Below, one piece after another: positions 1 to 10,103 of a DNA stretch of 64,000 bases. Under the pieces are notes generated by a model that was given only the letters and a program-made list of their open reading frames with translations, ran no database searches and was not told the origin of the DNA. The position numbers and the translations under genes are program-made. The DNA is from Candidatus Latescibacterota bacterium (GTDB lineage Bacteria; Latescibacterota; UBA2968; GCA-2709665). The stretch lies in contig CAXXXF010000003.1 of the NCBI GenBank assembly GCA_963667175.2, forward strand, positions 32,001 through 96,000, written 5' to 3'. Numbering within the stretch: position 1 is the stretch's first letter; each line of letters starts with the position of its first letter.

Positions 1-2
1 TT

Positions 3-1115
3 TTCAAGATCACGACGGACAACGGCATCGTCGGGTACGGCGACGCGCGTTGCGAGGCCCCCGACAGGTCCACCGTCGAGCACGTCGTGGGGCGCGATCC
101 CTTCGACTTCATCAACGCCAATCTGAATTCCGGCCTGATGGGGGCGCTGTACGACGCCATGGGCAAGCATCTCGAGATACCCGCGTACAAACTCATGGGC
201 CAGAAGATCCGCGACCGGGTGCCCGTGGCGGCGTGGACCCGCCCCGCGTCGCCGGAAGACCTGGCAAAAGACGTGGTGCGCGCCGTCGACCAGGGATATA
301 TGATCTTCAAGATCCATACCTGCGCCTATTACGACGTTTTCGAACAGACTCGGGCCGTGGAGGAGGTGGCGCCGCCGGGATTCAAGATGCACTACGACTT
401 CAATCACAACCGGCCGCTTGCCGCCGTCCTTCGCATCCTGAAGGAACTGGAGGGCTCACCCGTGGTGGGGATGATCGAGGACCCCCTCGTTCTGTCCGAC
501 GTGGAAGGGTGGCGCCTGCTGCGGCAGAAGACCAGCTTTCCCCTTCTCATGCATGTCCCGCAACTTGGCGGCGGGCAGGAGATAATCCGGGGTTGCGCGG
601 ACGCCTACATGATCGGAGAAGGCGGGATCGGTCCCACCCTCGTGCGCGGTTTTGCGGCCGGCCTGGCCAACCTGTCCTCGGTGATCCAGCTCACGGGCGG
701 CACGCTGACCAAGGCGATGGCCCTGCATATGGGCGCCGTGATTCCGAACGTGGCCCATTGCACGAACCTGGACGATCAGTACGACGAAGACGTTGTCAAA
801 CAGCGGATCGAGGTTGCGGCCGGTTCGTCTCCGATCCCCGAGGGCCCCGGCCTCGGCATCGAGGTCGACGAAGACGCCCTGGCCGCGTGCGCGGCCAACA
901 AACCCACCGTGATCCCGACCACAATCGGCATCCTGCACCTGCCCGGCGGGAACAGGCTCTACACGAAAGGTTTCCCGAACGTGCCCCGTGTTACGGGCTT
1001 TCCCGAAGGAAATACCCGGGGCATCCGGCTGGAGGTGTGGGAGGAGGACGGTACGGACGCGTTTCAAAGGACACTGCAACGGCTCGAAGACCAGGGGCCG
1101 TTCATGGAGAAATAG
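3..1115 (+). CDS. mandelate racemase/muconate lactonizing enzyme (enolase superfamily) protein, 5'-truncated by window edge
   Basis: Frame open from nt 3 (FKITTDNGIVGYG..); ALYDAMGK..P.YKLMG capping motif, FKIH, DFN and EDP metal-ligand positions. Confidence 0.85.
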   Translation, partial: FKITTDNGIVGYGDARCEAPDRSTVEHVVGRDPFDFINANLNSGLMGALYDAMGKHLEIPAYKLMGQKIRDRVPVAAWTRPASPEDLAKDVVRAVDQGYMIFKIHTCAYYDVFEQTRAVEEVAPPGFKMHYDFNHNRPLAAVLRILKELEGSPVVGMIEDPLVLSDVEGWRLLRQKTSFPLLMHVPQLGGGQEIIRGCADAYMIGEGGIGPTLVRGFAAGLANLSSVIQLTGGTLTKAMALHMGAVIPNVAHCTNLDDQYDEDVVKQRIEVAAGSSPIPEGPGLGIEVDEDALAACAANKPTVIPTTIGILHLPGGNRLYTKGFPNVPRVTGFPEGNTRGIRLEVWEEDGTDAFQRTLQRLEDQGPFMEK

Positions 1116-1199
1116 ACGTTCAGTTCGCCCCGGCGCCCGGAGACATCGACCTTCCTTGTGATTGAACGCCCGGGCAGAATCGTTCGAACAGGAGTTGCC

Positions 1200-3908
1200 A
1201 TGCCGCTTCTCAACGTAGAGAACGCACGCGAAAACCTGCGTCGCCATTCCTGGGCTCAGGCCATCGTCGAAGGCTGGAAGAGAGAGGTCGACTACCTCAT
1301 CCGCCAGGACCGGGAATTCGTGGATGCGATGGTGTCCGAGCTCACCCCGTGGCCCGAGTACGGTCAGAACTGCCCGGTCTGCGTGAACCGCCTCTCTTCC
1401 ATGGGAGAAACCGGAATTTACGACTGGGACCCGACCGATCCGGACCGGCTGATCTGCAGATACTGCAAAACCGAGTACCCCAACGAAGACTATCCCGAGA
1501 CCGGCAGCGTGACGGCGCCCAGAATGAACCAGACCTTCACCTTCTATCTCACCGATGCGGAGCGCGCACACCCGGAAGACCGGTCTGGCGAACACGCGTT
1601 CAAATGGGTCCGGACCCCCGTGCACACAAGCTGGACCGGCGTCATCCGTTCAAAGAAATGCCGCTGGTGCTGGGAACAGATACTTCCTCTCGCCAAGTTG
1701 TACGCCCTCACCGGCGACGTGCGGTACGCCCGGCGGAGCGCATGGATCATGGATTGTATGGCGCGGCGGTATCCCAACTGGCTGTTCCATTCCTACGACG
1801 GCACGGTTGCGGACTGCCCGCCGGCGGAGGCCGCGGCATCCATGGGCAGGTTTCCTCCCGCCGGCCGGTTTCCACCTGAATCGATCATCTCCGCGTTCGA
1901 AGGCCGGCACCGGGTGGGTGATCACGCGGTACTCAACAACGGATTCTGGGGCGCCGGACGCGTCGGGTGCAGCGGGTCCGACGGCTGGTACATTCTCCGG
2001 GTCGTAATGGCCTACGACCTGATCTGGAGCGCCCGCGATGCGGACGGTTCGCCCGTCATCACGCCGGAAATGGACCGGCGCATCGTGGACGACCTGATCC
2101 TGGCGGGTTGCGCGGACACCGAAAACTGGAACGACATCAACAACAAATGCGGCCCTGGGAGGGCGCTCAGTGCCGCGGTGGGCATTCTGTTCGGGAAACC
2201 GGAGAGTGTCCGCCGCGCCATCGAGGGTTTTGAAGCCCTCATGGACGACGCCTTCCACTTCGACGGCTTCTGCACGGAATCTCCGAGTTATTCCAGCATG
2301 CATCTCAATCAGTTGCGGGAAATACCCGAACTGTTGAATGGATATTCCGACCCCGAAGGATACGTGCCGAAGTCAGGCTCCGTATTGAAGGACCTGGATC
2401 CGTTTCAACACTTCGACCGCTATAGTCTCGCCTTGGAGAGCATGGTCCGCATGCTGGACCCGAACCTGGAAGAGCCGGTCATCGGAGACTCCAGGGAAGG
2501 CAGTAGTGTCGACCCCATCTACGCCGAGGTCCTGGCCGCCCGTTACGGAAGCCGCTACGCCGGCCTGCTGGAGAAGTCTCAGGGGGCCCCGCTGTCCGAA
2601 AAAGGCGCCGAATACGCCCTGTGGAACCGGGACCCGGATCTGAAAGCGGACGAGGACGCCCGTTTGCCGCACCGTACCGAATGGTTCCCGGGCTGGCACG
2701 TCGGTGTTTTGCGGGGGGGTAACCCCGGAGGCCATACGGCATTTTACCTTAACGGATATGCCTATGGGGGCCACCGCCACGCGGACACCCTCGGGATCAT
2801 CTACGTCTCGAACGGGAAGGAAATGGCGGCGGACAGAGGCTATATCTGGGATGACCCCAGAAACGCGTGGACCGGCAGCACGCTCGCCCACAACATCGTC
2901 ACCGTCGACGGTCAGAACCAGGCCAGAAACAACATGCCGTCCGTGCTGGAACTCTTCGGCTGTGGCGCGGGAATCGAAGTCGTCCAGGCATCCGCCGCGC
3001 CGTACCCGCAATGCGATCAATACAGGCGCACCTGCGTCCTGGTTCAGGTGCCGGGCGATCAGACCTACGCTGTCGATCTATTCCGGGTCGGCGGCGGCAG
3101 CCTCCACCAGTACGGCTTCCACAGCAACGGCCGCCTCACCAGCATTTCCGGCGCCGATCCGATGCCGGTTGACGAACACATCGAGTGGCTGGACAACATC
3201 CGCGCCGACCGGCCCCGGGAGCCATTTACCGCAACCTGGGACAACCAGGGCGTGCGCATCGACCTCACCCTGCTCAACCCCATCCATCGTCTGCTACTCG
3301 TGGACGCGCCGGGCTGGCGCTCGGACCTGGGCGAAGACCTCAACGCCCCGCCCGTCCAGCAGGTTCTGGCGGAACGTGGGGACGATTCGCACCTGACCAG
3401 CCGGTATGCCGCGGTGATTTCACCGTACGTCGACCGTTCGCCCGTCCTGTCGTCCCGCCTCCTGCTGGACGATTCGGACACCGGCGCGATGGCCGTTGCC
3501 GTCTGCCGCGAGGGATGCACGGACTACATCCTCTCCGCGCCCGACGGCGGCGCGCACAATGTCGGTCCCCTGTCGATTACCGGTCAATTCGCATTCGCGT
3601 CGGTGGATGACGGCGGCGCGCTGCTGCGCGCGTATCTGCTGCGCGGAACTGAACTCAAATGCAACGGGCAGGCGCTGACGCTGGACAGGTCGGAGGTCTC
3701 CCTGGAGGTCGCCCGCGTTTCAGACCGCACCTATACCCTTCACAATGCCGTGCCCGATCCTGAAACTCTTCCCGGGACCTACCTTCTGTGCGGCGATACC
3801 GGATACGAAATCGAGGCCGCCACCGAATTATCCATCACAGTCCGCGATTACCCTGCCACCGAATGCGACACCGTCACGTTGCTGAAGAGCGCAGAAAAGC
3901 AGCAATAA
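1200..3908 (+). CDS. heparinase II/III-like (alginate lyase + Hepar_II_III) protein
   Basis: GGAG RBS before ATG 1200; DG..ESPSY, H.H.DTL, DRGY, STLAHNIVTVDG motifs; N-terminal CPVC/CRYC; no obvious signal peptide. Confidence 0.8.
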   Translation: MPLLNVENARENLRRHSWAQAIVEGWKREVDYLIRQDREFVDAMVSELTPWPEYGQNCPVCVNRLSSMGETGIYDWDPTDPDRLICRYCKTEYPNEDYPETGSVTAPRMNQTFTFYLTDAERAHPEDRSGEHAFKWVRTPVHTSWTGVIRSKKCRWCWEQILPLAKLYALTGDVRYARRSAWIMDCMARRYPNWLFHSYDGTVADCPPAEAAASMGRFPPAGRFPPESIISAFEGRHRVGDHAVLNNGFWGAGRVGCSGSDGWYILRVVMAYDLIWSARDADGSPVITPEMDRRIVDDLILAGCADTENWNDINNKCGPGRALSAAVGILFGKPESVRRAIEGFEALMDDAFHFDGFCTESPSYSSMHLNQLREIPELLNGYSDPEGYVPKSGSVLKDLDPFQHFDRYSLALESMVRMLDPNLEEPVIGDSREGSSVDPIYAEVLAARYGSRYAGLLEKSQGAPLSEKGAEYALWNRDPDLKADEDARLPHRTEWFPGWHVGVLRGGNPGGHTAFYLNGYAYGGHRHADTLGIIYVSNGKEMAADRGYIWDDPRNAWTGSTLAHNIVTVDGQNQARNNMPSVLELFGCGAGIEVVQASAAPYPQCDQYRRTCVLVQVPGDQTYAVDLFRVGGGSLHQYGFHSNGRLTSISGADPMPVDEHIEWLDNIRADRPREPFTATWDNQGVRIDLTLLNPIHRLLLVDAPGWRSDLGEDLNAPPVQQVLAERGDDSHLTSRYAAVISPYVDRSPVLSSRLLLDDSDTGAMAVAVCREGCTDYILSAPDGGAHNVGPLSITGQFAFASVDDGGALLRAYLLRGTELKCNGQALTLDRSEVSLEVARVSDRTYTLHNAVPDPETLPGTYLLCGDTGYEIEAATELSITVRDYPATECDTVTLLKSAEKQQ

Positions 3909-3958
3909 GCCATCAGCTCTCAGCAATCGGCTTGAATCAGAAGCAAAAAGCGAAAAAA
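3908..3958. repeat. 7-bp-period (AGCNATC) repeat element directly after a stop codon; related copy at 22517-22568
   Basis: AGCCATCAGCTCTCAGCAATCGGCTTGAA vs AGCTATCAGCGGTCAGCCATCAGCTTGAA, both followed by an A-rich tail. Confidence 0.55.
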
Positions 3959-4006
3959 CAACCCGTCGATATCAGCGTCCTCATGTGGCAAAAACGGACG
4001 GAACGC

Positions 4007-4118
4007 AGACCTCTCCCCCCGGCCCCCTCTCCCGGAGGGAAAGGGGGAGAAAACCAGGAGACCCAGAGCGGTTCACAATTCCCCCTTCCCCCCGGGAAGG
4101 GGGATAGGGGGTAGGTCT
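4007..4118. repeat. REP/BIME-like paired palindromic element (CCCTCTCCC..GGGAGA type)
   Basis: Two C-run/G-run hairpins inside an outer AGACCT..AGGTCT inverted repeat, between convergent genes; partial copy near 57968-57992. Confidence 0.65.
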
Positions 4119-4166
4119 CGCGCCCGATGTGTGCTCCACCGAAGACTCCCTGTCGCGGTTCCTTCG

Positions 4167-5015
4167 CTACAGACTAACAAAACCTGACAGTGCCCGTTTT
4201 TGTCCGGCCACGTCCAGGATCCTGCGTATGATCAGGCTTTCTCTCCGGTCGATCGCGGGCTTCCCCGTCTCGAACAGATCCAGCACGGCCTCTGCGGTAT
4301 TCAGAAAGATACGGCTGGAGTCCACCTGAAAATGCCGGGTCGCGGCGGCGGTGGTCACGGATGCCGCAAACGCCGTGCTCGAGCCCGTATACACATTCAC
4401 GACGGCCGTGCGACCGTCCGAAAAATCCAGCAGCAACTGCGACTGCTTCCCGCTGCCCCTCCGCATCATCCGCCGCACGTTCGGCCCCATACAGCTGATG
4501 GCCAGCTCAAGGGGATGGATCGCGTATTCACCGAACGACCTCCCGCCGCCCCAGGTGACCATGTGCCGGACCTGCCGGCGCCCGACCTCCTGCACGTAAT
4601 CCTGGACTTCGGTATAGCGCAGCGCGGACGTGGTCTGCATTGGCGCCCGATGCTGGTCCGCCAGCGCAAAGATACGCCTCGCGGTATTCAGATCCGGCGC
4701 GAAGGTTTTGTCTACGTACGTCGGTTTGCCGAACGGAAAAACCTGCCGGCACAACTCAAGGTGCGTTTCCGGCGTCGACGGCGCCAGCACCACATAGGTG
4801 TCCACCGCCTCGTTCAACGCGGCCGTATCCGAGAAGTAGGGGACGCCGTTCGCCTCGGCCCACGTTCTTCCGGCTTTCGGACGCATTCCCGTGCACCCCG
4901 CCACGACAAATCCGCGGTGCTTCAATTCATTCCGAAGAAGCTTCAGGTAGACGTTGGAATGAAAGTTCTCCAGGTTGTCGTCCACAAACCCGATCCGCTT
5001 TTGTCCTTCCGGCAT
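4167..5015 (-). CDS. Gfo/Idh/MocA-like NAD(P)-binding oxidoreductase (divergent)
   Basis: GKPTYVDKTFA, SALRY and YAIHPLE motifs. Confidence 0.7.
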   Translation of the reverse strand: MPEGQKRIGFVDDNLENFHSNVYLKLLRNELKHRGFVVAGCTGMRPKAGRTWAEANGVPYFSDTAALNEAVDTYVVLAPSTPETHLELCRQVFPFGKPTYVDKTFAPDLNTARRIFALADQHRAPMQTTSALRYTEVQDYVQEVGRRQVRHMVTWGGGRSFGEYAIHPLELAISCMGPNVRRMMRRGSGKQSQLLLDFSDGRTAVVNVYTGSSTAFAASVTTAAATRHFQVDSSRIFLNTAEAVLDLFETGKPAIDRRESLIIRRILDVAGQKRALSGFVSL

Positions 5016-5185
5016 TCGTCTGTTCCCCGTTCCAAAACAGTTGTCATGCCCCTTTGGGCGCCCATAATGATGAAAAACGTTGCATTGCCAGGCTGACGTG
5101 CAGTATTGTCGTTTTGCGCCTGCCTGCGCGTGTACGCACGCAGACAGGCCTCTTGTGGCAATTGATTTCAGCCACGGATTTTTCG

Positions 5186-5218
5186 TTTTTTTCGCGTGTT
5201 TCGTAGTTTCTAATGTTC
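5186..5218. repeat. 9-bp-period TTTCGTGT-type dispersed repeat; near-identical copy at 30299-30330
   Basis: TTTTTTCGCGTGTTTCGTAGTTTCTAATGTTC vs TTTTTTCGTGTGTTTCGTAGTTTCTGATGTTC (2 mismatches). Confidence 0.65.
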
Positions 5219-5233
5219 TTGTCTAAGTAGCTT

Positions 5234-6268
5234 CTAAGGCCACTCGGGCGCGGCAGCCACCTGTACGATTCCGCCTCGATCCACGGACTGGTGCAGCGCA
5301 TCCAAAACAGCCGTTGCGCGCCACCCGTCCAGCGCCGTCACGAAAGGCGCCCGATCCTCGATCACGGCATCCACAAAGCTGTTCACGCACGACGGAAACG
5401 CACCCACCCATCTGTCGAACACTTTATAGTTCAGCAATGACCGCGGCCATTTGAACTTCTCTTCGGTACTCATCTCGATCGCCTCGGCCTTCCGGTCCAG
5501 ACTCACGTGTCCCTTCTCGCCGATGACCTGCATAAACGAGTCGGGCATCGACGGATGGGTATCGGGATAGATCCACGCCGACTCGAACGTGGCGATGGAT
5601 CCGCCGTCGAACTTCACGAGCCCCTGCAGCATGTCGTACGTATCGATGCCCCTGGCGGCCAGCACCTGTTTGATTCCATAGCCGTGGACCTCCACCGGAC
5701 TCTGATCGAACCACCAGCAGATCAGGTCGATATCGTGCGCCGAGAGAAACCAGGCGGGAGAGGACTGAGCCGACCACGGCAGCATCTCCGTCGGGACGGA
5801 GATCGGGTTGTTCTTGCGCGCGTACGCCATGAGCGGTCTGCCGATGTCCCCTTCGCGAATCATATTCCACGTGGCATTGTACGGCGCCAGCCACCGGTGG
5901 TTATACGAGACCTGAAGCTTCCGTCCGGTGCTCTTCACCTTCTCCACGATTTCGGTGGCCTCCTCAAGATCGGTTGTCATCGGCTTTTCCACGTGCACGT
6001 GGCAGCCTGCCTCCAGGCACGCGATGACGGGATCGCGGTGCGCCCAGTCCGGCGTGGCGATGTAGACCATATCCAGGGATTCCCTCTCCAGCATCTCCCG
6101 GTAGTCCGCGTAACCGGCGGAAACCGAATACTCCGCCTGCGCCTTGCGGAGCTTGGCTTCGTCCAGCGTACAAAACGCCGTCAGCTCCGCCAGCGGATTC
6201 CGGTGCAGGACCTGTGTCACGCTGCTGCCCATAATGCCAAGCCCGATCACACCCACGCGCTGCGCCAT
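5234..6268 (-). CDS. Gfo/Idh/MocA family oxidoreductase
   Basis: GVIGLGIMG Rossmann motif, ATPDWAH, HVEKP, HDID. Confidence 0.92.
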   Translation of the reverse strand: MAQRVGVIGLGIMGSSVTQVLHRNPLAELTAFCTLDEAKLRKAQAEYSVSAGYADYREMLERESLDMVYIATPDWAHRDPVIACLEAGCHVHVEKPMTTDLEEATEIVEKVKSTGRKLQVSYNHRWLAPYNATWNMIREGDIGRPLMAYARKNNPISVPTEMLPWSAQSSPAWFLSAHDIDLICWWFDQSPVEVHGYGIKQVLAARGIDTYDMLQGLVKFDGGSIATFESAWIYPDTHPSMPDSFMQVIGEKGHVSLDRKAEAIEMSTEEKFKWPRSLLNYKVFDRWVGAFPSCVNSFVDAVIEDRAPFVTALDGWRATAVLDALHQSVDRGGIVQVAAAPEWP

Positions 6269-6307
6269 CTGCTTCCCTCCTCAACTCTGAGTTGTACGTC
6301 GTTTTAT

Positions 6308-6368
6308 CCTCAATTCGATAAAAGAAAACCGCAAAATTGGCCACAAAAAGCACAAAAGGCACAAAGGG
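6308..6368. repeat. 61-bp dispersed repeat with GCCACAAAAAGCACAAAA core; inverted copy at 30128-30188
   Basis: Manual alignment gives about 52/61 identity to the reverse complement of 30128-30188. Confidence 0.7.
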
Positions 6369-6564
6369 CATCCGTGCGATACGGCATGTGTCGTAACGCC
6401 GTGACCCTGCAGTCGTTTCCTCAACGGGCCGAAAACGTCGTCCGGAAGCACATTTTTTCCGTTCACATCCAGTGACCTGAAGGTTCCTGGAAATCCGATG
6501 CCATATCGCCCTTATCAACTTGCGTATATTCGAATTAACGTCCCCGAAAAATGACGAATCAAGG

Positions 6565-9500
6565 TTAATCGAACGTCACGAACGCCATCGGCCGCACGAC
6601 GCAGGAGTCCCCGGGCCCCAGGTCGTAGATCACCGGCAAGTCATCGGGCGCGCCTGGCCAGTGAATCGCATCCCGCAGCACAAACCGGTGTCCGCCCTCG
6701 TCACGCGGGACCACTTGATCGATGGTGTGGAGCCGTTCCCTGTAAGCCAGCCGGGCGCCCTTCAGGTAATGGCATCCGGAGTCTTCCGTATCCTCCCACT
6801 CCCGGTGAATCCATGTCCGGGTCAGCAGACCTTCGTCCGTCTCCCCGTCGACGACGAAGCGCCCGATGTGCAGCCGCTCCGCATCCAGCGAACACAGCCA
6901 CCCGTCGCCCGCCGCCTCGACGGATCGGATAGGGAAGTTGCACGCGTGCGGCGGGTTCGACACCATCAGGGTCTCCCCCTCTGGCGGCGCCCCACCCGTG
7001 TCCGACGTTACGGTCACCCGGCGGCTTTCCGCGTCCATTTCCGCAATCCGCCCCCGCCATGTACCGGCGCCTTCGGCCTGGATGTCTCCGAATTTGACTC
7101 CATCTCCCGACAGGCAGGCCCAACTCGGCCGGCCGGCGGCGTCGAGGGTCAATACGCCGAGACCGCCGTCAAGTTCGAGGCCGCCCTCGAAGACGGACCG
7201 GCTCTTGTCAGCCGGCGCGCTCAGAACGAGACATTTCCCATCCTGCCACGATATTTCCAGTCCGATCGCGTCTTCACCTTCGATCAGATCCAGCCGTCTG
7301 ACGCCCGTCAACCTGGGGTTCTTCACATAAGTTTCGCAGACAACGGCGAACAGGCTGTTCAGGTCGTCCTGGCGGCGGCCCGCCCGATTTCGCAGCAGGA
7401 CGTAGTCCAGGTGCTCGGGCGCCCCCGGTCTTTTTGGCGTTTTGCCATGCGCTGTGATGACCTCCCGTGCGACGCCCTCGGGGACGATCATCCGCAGCCC
7501 CATCTCCGCGTCCCGCCATACGGCCTGGAATTCGTCCGCTGGCTGCCCGCGCTCCACGTCGTACAGGTAGGAAAAGCCGCTGCCCCGGTACGAGTGGTAG
7601 CTGCGCTTGCCGTTTGTCCCGGGCAGGCCCGGCAACCTGGCATGCCGTTCCAGTTCGGGATCGTCGTACAGCTTCCGGAAGGGAACCTTCGGTCCGGCCA
7701 GCGTGCCGCCCTCCTGAGACCGAAACGAAACGCCTTCGGTTGAAAAATCACCGTCGAATCCGTGGAAGGAATAATCGTGCGCCCAGCCGCCCTTTACGCG
7801 GAACAGGTCGACCAGGACCTGCAGATCCGGCGCCAACTCCAGCAGCGTCACGCCGCGTCGATACACGTCCGCGTCCAGGTACGCCCGCGGCGCCGAGAGT
7901 TCCACGTGCTGCACGTGCGGGGCGGTCCCGAACCGTTCCAGGCGCCCCTCGTCGGCGGTGTCCTGCCGGCTTTCGTTCACCACGACGGTGACGTGACTGA
8001 CGGTATTCTTCTCCCAGGCCGGCGGGTCCGGATGTTCGGCGGCGTGGCTGGGATAACCCGTATCGGGCGCCACGCGTTTGCCGCCGGCGATGACCTCCAG
8101 ATTCAACCGGTCCCGGTGCGCGTGGCCGGCGTTGGCGTGCCCGTACTGAAGCACCGCCGCCGTCTGGCGCTCCGCCCGGCCGCTTCGCAGGACCACGAAT
8201 CCTACGCCGCCCAGGTTATCGCTCGTCTCCGGCCATTCCGGCAGATTCCCCGCGGCGTGTTCCAGTTCGGCTTTCGTCAGCGGCGCCTCGAACAGGTCGT
8301 CGTAGCTGCGGAACCCGTTTTCTTCCATTGCGCCTTCGTTCAGCAGCGCGCGGGCGTACTCCGGCCACCCGTAACCCCTGAAGAACCGCCGAAGCGAGGA
8401 AGTATCCAGCATGGGATAGGTCGCCTCCGCGCCCGTATCGGCAATGGCGGGCATCTTGCCGCCCCAGCACGCCAGCCGCCGAGACCAGTTCCCCAGCGAA
8501 CGTACGTGTTCCCCCGGAAGCCGGCGTTTGCCCAGGCGCTTCAGGACCAGGTCCGTATCCAGCATATACCGCGTCCAGCAGCCCGCCGAATAGCCGATCG
8601 CCACCTCGAACGAGACCCCGTCACGGAACAGGAAGTTATCCAGCGCGTGATTCCAGCCCTCGACGCCGTACGCCCACACTTGTGTGTTGGGCCCGCATCC
8701 GGTGTACGTCTCCAGGTTCCGGATGGCCCAATCCGTAAACGCGTCGTCGTCAAGGACAACCAGTGCTTTCACCGCCGAGGCCTGGTGAAGCCCGTAGTTC
8801 CCACGAATCTTTCCTTCCCAGATGTCCCGTACCGACTGCCGCACCAGATTGTCTTCCACGTGCCGTACCAGCGCTTCCGGTTTTTTGCCCAGAAACTCGT
8901 GTACGCTGCTTTCAGCCTGCAACGCCGGAAACAGGTTGTCGTACGCCTCGGCATAGAGCCCGATATTGAACGATTCCTGTACGGCGTACAGAAAACGTCC
9001 CGTATAGCCGACCTGGTAGTTCAAGCCGTACCAGGATTGGGCGGCGTGGTCCATGGTGGGAAACAGCGCGGCCATCCTGTCCAGCAGGATCGCGCCCTTG
9101 CGGCCGTACCGCGCGTCTCCGGTCATCAGATACGCGCGACCGAGATCCTGAAGCGCCGGAATCAACTGGTGCCAGAGCCGATAACAATAGTGCGCGACGA
9201 ACCAGAACCGGGGCCGGCCGTCGCCGGGGTCCCAGCCAGAACCGTCGTCGGCGTAATCGCCGGTTAGCAGGACGCGGTCTCCGGTCCTGTAATACGCCAT
9301 AAAGTCGTTCGAAGGGTACTCCTCGCCGCCCACGGCGCATTTGATCTTCCACGGACGGTTGAAGATGTCCACCTGCCAGGGTCCGCCCGGCGCCTGAAAG
9401 ACCGCCTCGCCATGGACCGGACACCCGTCGAACGACGGCAGAAACCCACGGAAGATGTCCGCCGGAGGCGGCAGGTCACGTACGTACGCGTCATCCAGTT

Positions 9501-9624
9501 TCGCCCAGACCTCGGCACGTTCGACGATCTCATCCGCGATCTTCCTCGCCGCGGGAAACCGTACCACGTGGTCCTTCATCCTGCGGATCCCGTCCTCCGT
9601 ATGCCATGTGCGACCTGTCTTCAT
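6565..9624 (-). CDS. heparinase II/III-like protein
   Basis: AAAGGAAG RBS before ATG 9624; GNYGLH, DG..E..GY, GHAHRDRL, PDTGYP, NTVSHVTVVVN motifs. Confidence 0.8.
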   Translation of the reverse strand: MKTGRTWHTEDGIRRMKDHVVRFPAARKIADEIVERAEVWAKLDDAYVRDLPPPADIFRGFLPSFDGCPVHGEAVFQAPGGPWQVDIFNRPWKIKCAVGGEEYPSNDFMAYYRTGDRVLLTGDYADDGSGWDPGDGRPRFWFVAHYCYRLWHQLIPALQDLGRAYLMTGDARYGRKGAILLDRMAALFPTMDHAAQSWYGLNYQVGYTGRFLYAVQESFNIGLYAEAYDNLFPALQAESSVHEFLGKKPEALVRHVEDNLVRQSVRDIWEGKIRGNYGLHQASAVKALVVLDDDAFTDWAIRNLETYTGCGPNTQVWAYGVEGWNHALDNFLFRDGVSFEVAIGYSAGCWTRYMLDTDLVLKRLGKRRLPGEHVRSLGNWSRRLACWGGKMPAIADTGAEATYPMLDTSSLRRFFRGYGWPEYARALLNEGAMEENGFRSYDDLFEAPLTKAELEHAAGNLPEWPETSDNLGGVGFVVLRSGRAERQTAAVLQYGHANAGHAHRDRLNLEVIAGGKRVAPDTGYPSHAAEHPDPPAWEKNTVSHVTVVVNESRQDTADEGRLERFGTAPHVQHVELSAPRAYLDADVYRRGVTLLELAPDLQVLVDLFRVKGGWAHDYSFHGFDGDFSTEGVSFRSQEGGTLAGPKVPFRKLYDDPELERHARLPGLPGTNGKRSYHSYRGSGFSYLYDVERGQPADEFQAVWRDAEMGLRMIVPEGVAREVITAHGKTPKRPGAPEHLDYVLLRNRAGRRQDDLNSLFAVVCETYVKNPRLTGVRRLDLIEGEDAIGLEISWQDGKCLVLSAPADKSRSVFEGGLELDGGLGVLTLDAAGRPSWACLSGDGVKFGDIQAEGAGTWRGRIAEMDAESRRVTVTSDTGGAPPEGETLMVSNPPHACNFPIRSVEAAGDGWLCSLDAERLHIGRFVVDGETDEGLLTRTWIHREWEDTEDSGCHYLKGARLAYRERLHTIDQVVPRDEGGHRFVLRDAIHWPGAPDDLPVIYDLGPGDSCVVRPMAFVTFD

Positions 9625-9809
9625 TTCAGGCTTCCTTTCGTCTGCGCCATAGTCAACGTCGATTTCCGAAGCAGCAAAGTACACAGGAAGGGAACAAATG
9701 GAAAAGGAAAAAAGCCCGGCCGAAAGCGCTAAAGACAGGCGGACCGGGTCCCTGAAGCCCGAGCGTGTTACTGCGCCTTTCCCGTTGACACGCGCGGACG
9801 GATCGCTTC

Positions 9810-10013
9810 GTGTTCGGCGGCGGAGACCTGACGTTCAAGCTGGGATCCGTGCTGGCGACCGCGGACCGATGGCTGATCACGGGCGCGACGGCCGGCGTCG
9901 GTCTAGTCACCGAGTTCCGATCGCTCAGTACCGTTGGGGTCCAACCCTTTGCTCTCGGCGTCGTTTCCACCGCCGTCATCGCCGCGCTGGGCCTGGCATA
10001 TGCCAGTCTGTAG
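9810..10013 (+). pseudogene. C-terminal remnant of a putative sulfate exporter (YeiH/UPF0324-like) membrane protein
   Basis: AGVGLVTEFRSLSTVGVQPFALG resembles the last two TM helices of the YeiH family; the rest of the gene is absent. Confidence 0.55.
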
Positions 10014-10103
10014 GGAAAGCAATGATCGATCAACCGGCCCTAAAATTCCGTACATTACGTCGTAATACACTGTAATACGTTGTTTTGACATGTGTGGGAA
10101 AAA

